Assembly (NCBI GenBank): GCA_024626585.2
Contig: JANKJI020000004.1
Span: 159,938,430-159,958,069 of the forward strand
Reading direction: 5' to 3'
Source of the DNA: Ginkgo biloba
Lineage: Eukaryota > Plantae > Ginkgophyta
Length of the DNA: 19,640 bases
Shown here in pieces: positions 1-10,499 of this stretch. Positions within the stretch are counted from its first letter, which is position 1, and the number at the start of each line of letters is the position of its first letter. A model generated the notes under the pieces. The model worked only from the letters and a program-made list of their open reading frames with translations. It did not search any database and was not told where the DNA came from. The position numbers were made by a program, and so were the translations under genes.

Positions 1-1375
1 AGGCCTAAAATTACTAGTGATTGACCAACAATTGATGAATGAGTAGGTCCACACTTTTAAATTTTAGAATTTAGTCATCAAAATAGTGGGAAAGAAGGCA
101 TTAGAAGGGATTAAATGATAAGGTCTCCTAAGATATAAAAATTTTGACCTATAGAAAGGAGTTGCAATAGTAATCAAGGGAATTTTATTAAATAATACTC
201 ATATGATAAATATATTTGTCCCATCCCTTAGACTACTATCATCCATTATGTACAAGGAACCATTGTATTACACATATTGCATGATGAAGAGGATAGAGAA
301 AAATATAATTTCTTGACATGAAGGAAAGGAGCACAAGATTATCTATCCTAGCATGCTATAATTAATCATCAACTAGGATAGAGCTAACTTAGAAGGAGCA
401 ATATCTTCTAAAATAAATGAAGTGGAAGCTATAGAAAACCTATTCAAATTTGTTGAAGGTTCACATGAGGATAAAATATGAATGAGGAAAATAAGAAGGG
501 AAGAACAATTACTCGCTAGCAAGAAAAATAAAAAGGTAATAAAAGGAAGTAAATATTTTCGTCAGTTAGCTTTTCCTAAATTATCTCTTAAAAATTTAAA
601 GAAAAAGTATAAAAACTTTTAGTGCCAATATAAGAAATTAGTGGAGCAATTAAAAGAATAGTAGATGGAATTACAGAGATATAGAATAGAATTTATAGAG
701 TCTATAGAAAATAAGAAAGTGGAAATTTCTCAATTCTGAACTAAATATTCCCTTAGGGATTATGGCTTGAGATAACCACCTCATGACCCATTCATGAACC
801 CACCACTAATGGGTGAAGGTGGTGAGTCCCAATTTGTTTATTTTTCATGTTATATGTTTGGATTTAATTATTTTCAACTAGGTGAGAAGATTCTTTATAT
901 GGGAGAAGGATGAATATCCCAACCCCTAAAATATGATAGAACTCTAGAAATTGAAACCCTTGAGTAGAGACTAAAGATTGAAGAGGAACACATGGCTTAA
1001 CTAGAAAAAGGAATTAGAGATAGAGATGTTAAGTTATAATTATTATCTAACAAAATTATTATATTGGAGGATAGTTTAAATCTTGAGAAAGAGAGGAGTG
1101 GTGAAAAAGAGTGCAAGATCCAAATTTTGAATCATATTGAGTTGAAAATATAGTAGATGGAAGGATGCCTTCAAGAGATAGTAATGAGTTAGCTCAGCTA
1201 GAAAAAGATTTTGAGTTAAAAATAAGTGGCACCTTAGGTTTAGTAGAGTCCCTTGAAAATAAGTTGATATAGATAGGCCCTAAAAAATAAAGGTGGGGAT
1301 ATAATATCAAAGGAGCCAAAAACTAGTGAGGACTCTACAAAATCATTTGAAGATTGAAAAGGCACACAGTACAAA
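1..1375 (+). pseudogene. Decayed ORF, probably an antisense extra ORF in the 3' region of the minus-strand Tat element; hydrophobic N-terminal block followed by an E/K-rich, coiled-coil-like region
   Basis: Frame +2 from 137 reads KNFDL*KGVAIVIKGILLNNTHMINIFVPSLRLLSSIMYKEPLYYTYCMMKRIEKNIIS*HEGKEHKIIYP*HAIINHQL. Downstream sequence is strongly purine-rich with many GAA/AAA/GAG codons and many stops. It lies 3' of, and opposite to, the Tat pol. Confidence 0.45.
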
Positions 1376-1475
1376 NNNNNNNNNNNNNNNNNNNNNNNNN
1401 NNNNNNNNNNNNNNNNNNNNNNNNNNNNNNNNNNNNNNNNNNNNNNNNNNNNNNNNNNNNNNNNNNNNNNNNNNN

Positions 1476-2110
1476 CTATTGTACGACATTTGTATAATTG
1501 GTCTCTCTATCTGTGAATTCTTGTTTGATCCACTATTTTTATCCTCTACAGGCTTCTTATAGATCTATTCTACTCAATAGTTATAATAATTTCAAATAAT
1601 TTTTATTCGTATAGATGTCATTTGGAAGGTCTTCTATTCATGTCTCTATGTGGTTGTTTGCTAATGGATCTTTATCTAATGTTCTAGATATCCTCTTTGA
1701 TGCACCCTCAAGTTTAAACTTCCCATAAAAGAATAATTTTTATCTCTACTTTAGTCATTTGATATGACTACATTCTCCTCTACTATTTGAGATGCATTAA
1801 TCATTGTAATTCATCTCACTATTCTCTTCAACTTCAGTTATAGCAAGTTTTATTTGTTCATACTTGGACTTCTATTCCTTGTGCTCAATTAATAAAGTTC
1901 GTATGTATAACCAAATTTTCCTTATCTTCAACATATTCAAACTATAGAAAGAGTTATTCCTTATTCACATTTAGAAAATATTATTGCACATTGATCACAC
2001 TCCTTTCATATGTAATTGATTCCAACATAACAACTTGGAGTTTCAGTTGAATGCCTTCATCGCAACTCATTGCCTTCATTAATCCTCAAACCATGATCTT
2101 CAATAATATG
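1476..2110 (-). pseudogene. Highly decayed gag region of a Copia-like LTR retrotransposon
   Basis: Lies immediately downstream of the PBS on the minus strand, which is purine-rich. Weak GINYI*KE resembles the Copia gag N-terminal 'G.NY..W' motif. No open frame. Confidence 0.4.
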
Positions 2111-2122
2111 GATCTGATACCA
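2111..2122 (-). promoter_or_regulatory. Primer-binding site (tRNA-iMet type)
   Basis: Minus strand reads ...TTAACA|TGGTATCAGATC, an 11/12 match to the canonical TGGTATCAGAGC, directly abutting an LTR-terminal CA. Confidence 0.8.
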
Positions 2123-2415
2123 TGTTAAAATGAATGCACAAAGAAGAGAGTAGATATATACATGGAAACCAATTTAATATTCAACTTCAATTCATGTCAA
2201 GTTAATTCAATAGATATAATTTAGACATATATAATAATTAAATGACTCTTTATACTAACCAACATGACCTTTGATGACTCCCCGTTAGTTAAGAATAATT
2301 ATCCAAATGTGTATTATCTTTCTAACAAGGTATAGGTGAAGGAACAACACTAGATATGGGGATAAATTTAACTCTAGTGTTGGTGACAAAAAGAAGTGAC
2401 ACTTCACTTCCAACA
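2123..2415 (-). mobile_element. 5' LTR (~293 bp) of a Copia-like retrotransposon inserted 3' of the Tat integrase
   Basis: Minus strand begins TGTTGGAAG and ends TTAACA (TGTT...AACA termini), contains a TATAAA-like motif, and is followed by the PBS. The 2415 boundary rests on the terminal motif only; no partner LTR or TSD is visible. Confidence 0.6.
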
Positions 2416-2929
2416 AAATTAAGAAGCCCCCAATTTTTTTAATGCCCCATAACAAGAATATTATAAATCTCAGGCGGCTCTTTCCTTAGTATTAAGGAAT
2501 TCCTTTGAATAATGNNNNNNNNNNNNNNNNNNNNNNNNNNNNNNNNNNNNNNNNNNNNNNNNNNNNNNNNNNNNNNNNNNNNNNNNNNNNNNNNNNNNNN
2601 NNNNNNNNNNNNNNNNNNNNNNNNNNNNNNNNNNNNNNNNNNNNNNNNNNNNNNNNNNNNNNNNNNNNNNNNNNNNNNNNNNNNNNNNNNNNNNNNNNNN
2701 NNNNNNNNNNNNNNNNNNNNNNNNNNNNNNNNNNNNNNNNNNNNNNNNNNNNNNNNNNNNNNNNNNNNNNNNNNNNNNNNNNNNNNNNNNNNNNNNNNNN
2801 NNNNNNNNNNNNNNNNNNNNNNNNNNNNNNNNNNNNNNNNNNNNNNNNNNNNNNNNNNNNNNNNNNNNNNNNNNNNNNNNNNNNNNNNNNNNNNNNNNNN
2901 NNNNNNNCTCCCTAAAAAAATTTAAAAGG

Positions 2930-3700
2930 TTAAGGATGAGTTACCCTATAAATTATATGAGGGAGATTCTTAAACCAACCAAGGTCCTCAAATCAATCTT
3001 AAAGGATAAGTGTAGAGTCAACCCACCTATGCTTAGGTAGCATTCTTGTTTAGTAAAATCATTTTAAATCCTAAACTATTATGAATTTACCTAGAGGATT
3101 ATCGTGCACCATGTACCCCAATATTTTTCATTATTAATTATGATGACATTAGGTAAGTTGAACTAACATATGATTTGATTAAAGGTGAACATATCAACAA
3201 TATACCCATTTGTATGAATAAGTGGGATCACCTTAGCTCACTTCGTAAAATATTTGGTGGCGATAAGGATAAAATTATGTTGATTAAAAAATGGAGAGTG
3301 AATATCACCGATGAGGTCTAATTCCCATTTTAAAAATGTCCACGGAGTAGAGATATTTTGAAGAGATTGCACAGGTGCATAAAATAGATAAGAATGTTAT
3401 TAATGTTTGTGGCACCTACAAAATTAGTCATGCATGTCCAAAAGATAATTCACCAATAGTATCCCATCTGAAAAATCTTTAGGGTAGTAGGTTGTCCACC
3501 AAAATGGCCCCCATATATGATTTCATGAGACTTAAATAAAACCTTTTGATCTTCTATGGGANNNNNNNNNNNNNNNNNNNNNNNNNNNNNNNNNNNNNNN
3601 NNNNNNNNNNNNNNNNNNNNNNNNNNNNNNNNNNNNNNNNNNNNNNNNNNNNNNNNNNNTTGGACTCGAGGTAGGAGATGATATATTTATACCATTCATA
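2930..3700 (-). pseudogene. Ty3/gypsy Tat-clade integrase remnant (zinc-binding domain and core)
   Basis: YEWYKYIISYLES (~3662-3700); SHEIIYGGHFGGQPTTLKIFQMGYYW (~3450-3530); CRCHK...APVQSLQNISTPWTFLKWELDLIGDI (~3301-3420). Stops and frameshifts throughout; gap at 3562-3659. Confidence 0.9.
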
Positions 3701-3769
3701 TTTGGAAATATCCTAATGATCTATATAGAAGATATTATCATTTAATAAATAATCATCCACAAGTTTATT

Positions 3770-4200
3770 CTTGTCATTAAGTAGGGGTAGATCTATTAGA
3801 TATTCATCGATAGCCATCCCCTTTTATTTATTTATTATTAATAATAGTGACATAATATTATTGGAGGAGGATGGGCCACCTTTAAACCCTCCTAGTGTGA
3901 TCAGGCTTGGAAATAAAATACTAGAGAAGATTAGATTGAGTGTATATATCTATATGGTCATTAAGTAAGTATTACAACAACCAGGGATACAACCAAGGCT
4001 AAGGATTATTTTTAAATAAGAAAATAATTAATTTTGTATCTAACCAAAGTCTTACTTATGAAGTACACAGCTTATTTTTTTCCATTATCATCATTTAAAA
4101 TAACATGCCCCCAAGGGAAAAGTAAATTACATAAGTATAAAGTATAAATAGTTTATCAAATGATGGTGGCATTAAAATAGAAGAAAAGGTGAGATCCTCC
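3770..4200 (-). pseudogene. Ty3/gypsy RNase H remnant (Tat clade)
   Basis: ILMPPSFDKLFILY..FSLGGML..AVYFISKTLVRYKINY..LL*YFISKPDHTRRV*RWPILLQ..GMAIDEYLIDLP, matching the LYxxAS / SKxL..E.NY / GR..RW..L / KGQA.AD.L pattern. Confidence 0.85.
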
Positions 4201-5100
4201 TTAATTTTTTTAAAATCCACATTATCCTATAGAGACCAATGAAAAAGGTATATCCTTCTTCAATAGGTCAGTCAGAGGTTTGGATTTAAATGAAGAATCA
4301 ATAATGAACCTACACAAGTAACCTAGTCTACTTAGAAAATATTCAATATATTTTTTAGTTTTTGGTGGAGGCATTTCAAGGATGGAATTAACTTTATTGG
4401 GGTTAGGATCAATGCCTCCAATTAAGACTAGATGCACGATAAAATTCCTCGATGAGACTAGGACTATATACTTCTTAAGATTAAGACTCAATTGATATAT
4501 ATGGCATTAATGAGTGAATTCTTCACTCATCATTATTTTCACCAGAAAGAGGTCAAGATCTGCCCAAAGAGATATNNNNNNNNNNNNNNNNNNNNNNNNN
4601 NNNNNNNNNNNNNNNNNNNNNNNNNNNNNNNNNNNNNNNNNNNNNNNNNNNNNNNNNNNNNNNNNNNNNNNNNNNCATAACCTTGAATCCTATCATTTAA
4701 CATGGAATTTGATCAATGAAAGGTAGTGAAAGGTTATCTTTGGGGTTATCTTTGGGGCATGCATCATTTATACTATGGAGGTCAATTAAAATATAGATAA
4801 CATTGATTTTTGTTTTCCAACATGATTTTCAAAACCTATTGAGGATAATCAATGGGTGTAATAAATCCAACTTTAAATATTTTCTCAACTTCTTTTTTTA
4901 TGGTAGTCGAGATCTAAGGATTAATAGGAAATTAAAATTAATGCACAAGCTTAGTTCCTGGGTTAATAATGATATTGTGGAAGGCTATAAAAAGATCCAT
5001 CCCTTTCATATCTAAGTATTCCCAAGAAAATATGTTAGATAATTTGGTACAGAATTTAGTGAATTGATTGATCTCATAAGGAGAGGAAATATCCTTGAAC
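4201..5100 (-). pseudogene. Ty3/gypsy reverse transcriptase remnant (Tat clade)
   Basis: IFSWEYLDMKGMDLFIAFHNIIINPGTKLVH (Tat-type FAWSYxDMPGID..H); KKEVEKIFKVGFITPIDYP; INDACPKDN..LPFIDQI; LSLNLKKY..GIDPNPNKVNSILEMPPPKTKK..FLSRLGYLCRFI. No intact YxDD is visible; gap at 4576-4675. Confidence 0.92.
4732..4755. repeat. Perfect 12-bp tandem duplication within RT
   Basis: GGTTATCTTTGG x2, giving in-frame PKDN-PKDN on the minus strand. Confidence 0.9.
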
Positions 5101-5609
5101 TTAATAATATTTGGAATGAGGGCAATCCTTATATCAACACCAACTATTGACTTGATTTCCATGATATTTTCTTCCTCAAAATAATTAGGAGAAGGTGGCA
5201 AGTCACCTAATATGGAGGAGGAAGGGGGATGCAATATTTCATTACCAAAAATGGGATAATATTAAATCATATAAATATGGTAGAAACTGGAGGACTCAGT
5301 AAAATCATAGTCCTTGTTAGAAGCAATATGGTGGTCATGAGTACAATTTTATAGTAGAGAAAATCAGACAAATTCTAAATGCATAGAAGGGATAAATTAA
5401 GGTAGATAATCTACTTGAATATATGTAGGTATAATATCAATAACATCAATAACATTAGGTCCCCATCGTAAGAATGGGAAAGGGAAAAATGTTTCTCCAA
5501 GAAATTGGGAAATGATGTAAAGTTATGCATATATCAAGTTGATTGGAATGAATATATTTGGTTATGTACAATGAAATACTTGGTTGGTTAAGGTACCCAC
5601 TATGTTACA

Positions 5610-5880
5610 ATTCAAAGGTAATTAAGATTCCATCATTATCTAAGGTCTCCTCATTCAGGAGGAGAAAATACATAAGAGGAGTGTAAAACTTCTATCGTAT
5701 TATCTAGAAAGAGGATCTCATGGGCTCTTGATAATTCCATAGTGTGATATGTATAATATCCTCATTAAGGAGGAGGAGATCCATGGGAGGAGTAACAACT
5801 TCCTCTATATTATTTAGGAAGAAGAGATCAAGGGAGTCTTGATTATCTAGTGATGTAATAGGTGTCACAGTAATATTATA
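5610..5880 (-). repeat. Degenerate ~110-bp (~37 aa) tandem repeat, 2-3 copies, in the Tat aRH-RT spacer
   Basis: CTCATTCAGGAGGAGA at 5650 vs CTCATTAAGGAGGAGG at 5761; GGCTCTTGATAATT (~5723) vs GAGTCTTGATTATC (~5833); peptides VTPPMDLLLLNEDI / YTPLMYFLLNEET. Confidence 0.55.
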
Positions 5881-6584
5881 AACATGATGGACTTGGGAGG
5901 ATCTAAGGAGGTCAACATCCTTTGAAGAAGAATCCAAATAATTAAGTATAAAATCCTTGGTGAATAGACACTAAAAAATACCAAGGAAGATGAAATCATT
6001 TGTCATGTTATGATTTTTGATAACCTCATCAGACGTGATATTTACCAAGTATATGGTTTGCCCCGTCATATAATTTTTATATTATTTTTGAAGTGGAATT
6101 ATCAGTTAGATGAATGCCCCCTATTCAAGTGATGAATAGGCATTATTGGATTGATTTTGAATACTTGTTATAGATTACATAGGTATGGGATTTAGATGGA
6201 TATGAATAAATATTACCTAATTTAGGTTCCCAAAGGGGTTTGTCTAATATGGGAAAGGATTTCTATATGGGACTCTTGGATAGGGAACAAATGTTGTGTG
6301 TGATGTATTGGTAGGGTTTTGATATCCAGGTGGGTAACTAAATTAAAATGGTGCATAGTATGGTGGAGGAGTTATTAGGAAATAGAGAGTGTTTTCATAA
6401 CCTAAGAAAGGATTATATAGACTAGCACTAACATAATCAAGATTTCTCAAAATGCCATCTAACGAGGGGGAGAAATATGATGGANNNNNNNNNNNNNNNN
6501 NNNNNNNNNNNNNNNNNNNNNNNNNNNNNNNNNNNNNNNNNNNNNNNNNNNNNNNNNNNNNNNNNNNNNNNNNNNNNNNNNNNN

Positions 6585-9030
6585 GTAATTTATATTTCAA
6601 CAACATATCATTATCAAAAATAAAAATAATTAGTTATTTTTTTTTAATATTCAAATGAGTTATATGCATCCAAATAATTAAAGGTTAGTCATTTTAATTA
6701 GATACCTTAAGTGTAATTATGTGAAATTATTGTTTGGCCAACCATATGTTGCCTTTAGATTCAACAATAGTAATATGCATGATAAGAATCAATGCTAGAG
6801 GATTAAGGTGACCTAGTGGTCAAATTTTGGTATTTATATTCTTATATAGCTTCAAATTATTTTTGTAGTTAGCCAACATATGCTTGGTTGGTTATAATTC
6901 TCTAACTTCTTTGAATTTTACTATAATTGTTAATATCTTATAAATTGGCATTTTGCCACTATACAACCACCTTACACCTAAAGCCAAAATTGACTGCTCT
7001 AATACCAGATGATGCAACCTGGGTCCTAGGTGCCTCAAGTGTTCCCTTAAATTCCTTTGCCCTATTTGTCCTATGGGCTTTAAACTGCTTACTCACCTAC
7101 TTTATGTAGTCTGCTCATAGCCTAACAAACAATCCACATAGAATATTTAAAATATTAATAAGAACATAAATTCATTAGATCACAGGCCATTAGCTCATCA
7201 TGCATCAAACATTACATAATAAAGAACAAGAACAATTTATTTATATTAAATTAAAATCTTCCTATTTACATTCAACCTACTATTTTTATCATATAATTAC
7301 ACATACATTCATCTCCATAGGGGTTCAATTACATAATATCAAGGATCCCTTCTTGGAGAATTCACACAATGTTCACAACTCAACCTTTTAATTCATTTTC
7401 TCATTCCTCTTCTCCTTTCCTTTCTATGGTGCTTCATTATGGTCAATGGTATGCACCTTTTTCTCTTTATTACTTCCACTTCTCAATGGTTCCACTTAGA
7501 TTCCTTTATTATTTGTTATGTCAATTCATTTTTCCATCTCTCTACTCTTCTCTATTTTGTGGTTTCCTCATGGTTATCATTCTACCACCTTCCTATTCTT
7601 CTCTTCATTCTCTTAGTATGATCACCATCCCTCATAGACTCCACTCGACCTCCTATCCTCTTCTCATTATTACTTTTATTGTCTTCTTCTATTGGAAAAG
7701 CATGGCATCTTTTTCTCTTTGTTCCTTCTCTTAACACTCAAGATCACATACACTCACTCAATTCACTACTTACTTCTCCTCTTCCATANNNNNNNNNNNN
7801 NNNNNNNNNNNNNNNNNNNNNNNNNNNNNNNNNNNNNNNNNNNNNNNNNNNNNNNNNNNNNNNNNNNNNNNNNNNNNNNNNNNNNNNNNNNNNNNNNNNN
7901 NNNNNNNNNNNNNNNNNNNNNNNNNNNNNNNNNNNNNNNNNNNNNNNNNNNNNNNNNNNNNNNNNNNNNNNNNNNNNNNNNNNNNNNNNNNNNNNNNNNN
8001 NNNNNNNNNNNNNNNNNNNNNNNNNNNNNNNNNNNNNNNNNNNNNNNNNNNNNNNNNNNNNNNNNNNNNNNNNNNNNNNNNNNNNNNNNNNNNNNNNNNN
8101 NNNNNNNNNNNNNNNNNNNNNNNNNNNNNNNNNNNNNNNNNNNNNNNNNNNNNNNNNNNNNNNNNNNNNNNNNNNNNNNNNNNNNNNNNNNNNNNNNNNN
8201 NNNNNNNNNNNNNNNNNNNNNNNNNNNNNNNNNNNNNNNNNNNCATGTTAAGTCACCCTTAATCCATGTATTCAACCATCCACCATAACTTCATTTATTA
8301 CTAAAAAAATATCTTCCATAAAATTTAATTCACCCTGACCCCTTTCTTGTTCATCCACCACTAGCCTACCTCATTTATCCATTTTCCAAATGGTACTCAT
8401 CCTATTGTAGTTCATTTTCCCTCTTCAAACCCATTGTTCATTCACTGCCATCCTTATCACTTATTCACTCATTCATCAAGTGTTTATTTAGCTTGTTCAT
8501 CTATTTAATGAATTACCAATTCATTTTTCCTAACATTAATCCATGTTTAACCACCTTTAACCTACTTATTTCCTTCATTTTCTCACTCAGTAAATGACTT
8601 TCATCACTCATCGGCCAAATTTCCTCTTATGCACATTTTTTGAGCTCACCACCTTCCATTAATCCATTATTTTGGTTCATTTATTAAGCCTCTTAAGTCA
8701 CTCATACACTTTTCTTAGTTTCCTCATTGATCTCTTTATCCCATTCATCGAATTTCCCTTAACTATTTATCCAAAATAACCTAGAAGTTCACCCAAACTA
8801 CTATCTCGATCTCTCAGTCAACCAAAATAGGATATGATCCTACCATTCATCCATTATTTTGGATCATTTATTAAACCTCTCAAGTCACTCATACACTTTT
8901 CTTAGTTTTCTCATTGAGCTCTTAATCCCATTCATCGAATTTCCCTTGATTATTTGTCCAAGAAACCTGCCAGTTCACCCAAACTACTATCTTGATCTCT
9001 CACTCAACCAAAATAGTATATGATCCTACA
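6585..9030. mobile_element. LTR-like non-coding insertion (possible solo LTR) splitting the Tat polyprotein
   Basis: No credible ORF; strong pyrimidine skew at ~7380-8960. Ends ...GATCCTACA (TGTAGGATC on minus) and starts (n)GTAATT at a gap edge. Flanked on both sides by minus-strand Tat spacer-like sequence. TSD cannot be verified. Confidence 0.5.
8656..9028. repeat. Direct tandem duplication, 2 x ~187 bp
   Basis: Copy 1 8656-8842 and copy 2 8843-9028 both run CCATT(A/C)ATCCATTATTTTGG...AGTCACTCATACACTTTTCTTAG...GTTCACCCAAACTACTATCT...ACCAAAATAG.ATATGATCCTA, with scattered substitutions. Confidence 0.95.
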
Positions 9031-9309
9031 TAAAAATAGGTCAAATAGGAATAATATTATTTTTTTAAAATGGGGTACCCATTTAGGTTGAATAAGGAAT
9101 CAAATATTTAAACAGATTAATAAACTAGTGATGATGACTCATTAACTCAGGAGCCCCATGTATGACATGCTAATAATCATCAATTTCAAAAGAATTTTAG
9201 TACTCATCATTAGATACATGATGATATAATTGGTCCCAATGGATTCGATATATATTTATAGAAAAAGGGATATGTGCCTCCTAGTATTTAACACCAAGAG
9301 GAGAAGAAG

Positions 9310-9745
9310 GAGGCTCATTAGTTAATTCATTATCAAGGGGAGCCTCAATTTGGGATAAAATATTTTTAAGATACATAATAGACATTTAACTCCTAATCAA
9401 ACTATTATATTTGGAGNNNNNNNNNNNNNNNNNNNNNNNNNNNNNNNNNNNNNNNNNNNNNNNNNNNNNNNNNNGTGAGCCTCCATATAAAAATAAACAA
9501 TAAGAAATAAAAGGGAGTTTCAAGTCCCCAAAAAGGACCCTAATTTTGGTCAAGCTAGTGAATGGGAATGTATAATTGAATAAATCAAGTCTCACAAAAA
9601 TCAAACAAACAACTTATGCTAATTATTATTTGTTTGACTCTTATAAGATACAGAAAAGATCCTAGGTTTCTAGGATACCACACTCAAAATTAACATGTTG
9701 CACTACTGAGATGGTCTCTCCCATCATGTGTCATGACCCAACTAA
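9310..9745 (-). pseudogene. Additional ('archaeal-type') RNase H domain of the Tat element, located between protease and RT
   Basis: All four RNase HI motif regions occur in order across frameshifts: WVMTHDG..SATC (9740 downward; W..FDG), QTNN/LA* (~9635-9615; TNN.AE), KIRVLFGDLKL (~9545-9515; GDS.L), DNELTNE (~9334-9314; AD.LAN). Confidence 0.7.
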
Positions 9746-10039
9746 AAACCATAACTATGAAATTAGGGTAAATTCTTAAGGACCTAAAAGAAATTGAGAT
9801 TCTAGTGCCCTTGGGGATAGTGAGGACCCCTATGGACCTCCTAAATGGAGTGTAGTGATGTGTCATCATCACCAACTAAACCCTAAAGGNNNNNNNNNNA
9901 TATATTCATACCATATCACCAAACATGGGTAATAAAGTATTGACTCCCTATCTAAGGCTTGCACTTGCCCCTAAGATTCACCCTAAGGAAATAAGGATTT
10001 CCAATAACCATCCTAGGATTTATTGAAAGGGATCCTTTA

Positions 10040-10490
10040 AAAGTGAATAAATGACAACTAACAATCTTCTTCCCCATTGGTATTCATATCTAATTGAATA
10101 GGGGAAGGAAAACCAAAGGGACCCTATAAAAATAGGGTTCCTTAGTACCAAAAACNNNNNNNNNNNNNNNNNNNNNNNNNNNNNNNNNNNNNNNNNNNNN
10201 NNNNNNNNNNNNNNNNNNNNNNNNNNNNNNNNNNNNNNNNNNNNNNNNNNNNNNNNNNNNNNNNNNNNNNNNNNNNGTATGTTTGATAGTCCCTAGAGGA
10301 GTCATAAAACATATGAGATAAGGAGAAACTCACTCCTTACCAGTTTAGTCATAATGCAACTAGCCTAAAATTGGGAGTTATAGGGATAATCCTTATTATA
10401 TATTTTCAGATAAAAATGTGTGTGTTAAAATATATATGTGAGATATATGAGGGATGTTCCTATCATAGAGTAAAATAAAAGAAATAAAAG
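10040..10490 (-). pseudogene. Retropepsin (aspartic protease) remnant of the Tat element
   Basis: DPFISFILL..; TPLGTIK (~10300-10280); LRNPIL*GPFGFPSPIQ..NGE, resembling LGxPW..AxPSPxH..NG. The catalytic D(S/T)G is not preserved. Position between gag and aRH fits. Confidence 0.55.
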
Positions 10491-10499
10491 GGTCCACTG

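Noticed and set aside
2416-2514. YSCYGALKKLGAS on the minus strand as an aRH start after integrase (TatIII layout)
   Set aside because: Only a vague single-motif resemblance; a much better four-motif aRH exists at 9310-9745.
2505-2925. Long ORFs dominated by X (also 7679-8288, 12090-12361, 17716-18342 and others)
   Set aside because: Artefacts of translating through N-gaps.
7369-7734. 121-aa hydrophobic ORF as a membrane or env-like protein
   Set aside because: The F/S/L/Y-rich composition follows from the T/C-skewed non-coding strand; no motif.
8656-9028. CRISPR array or satellite array
   Set aside because: Only two long adjacent copies with no spacers, in a eukaryotic context.
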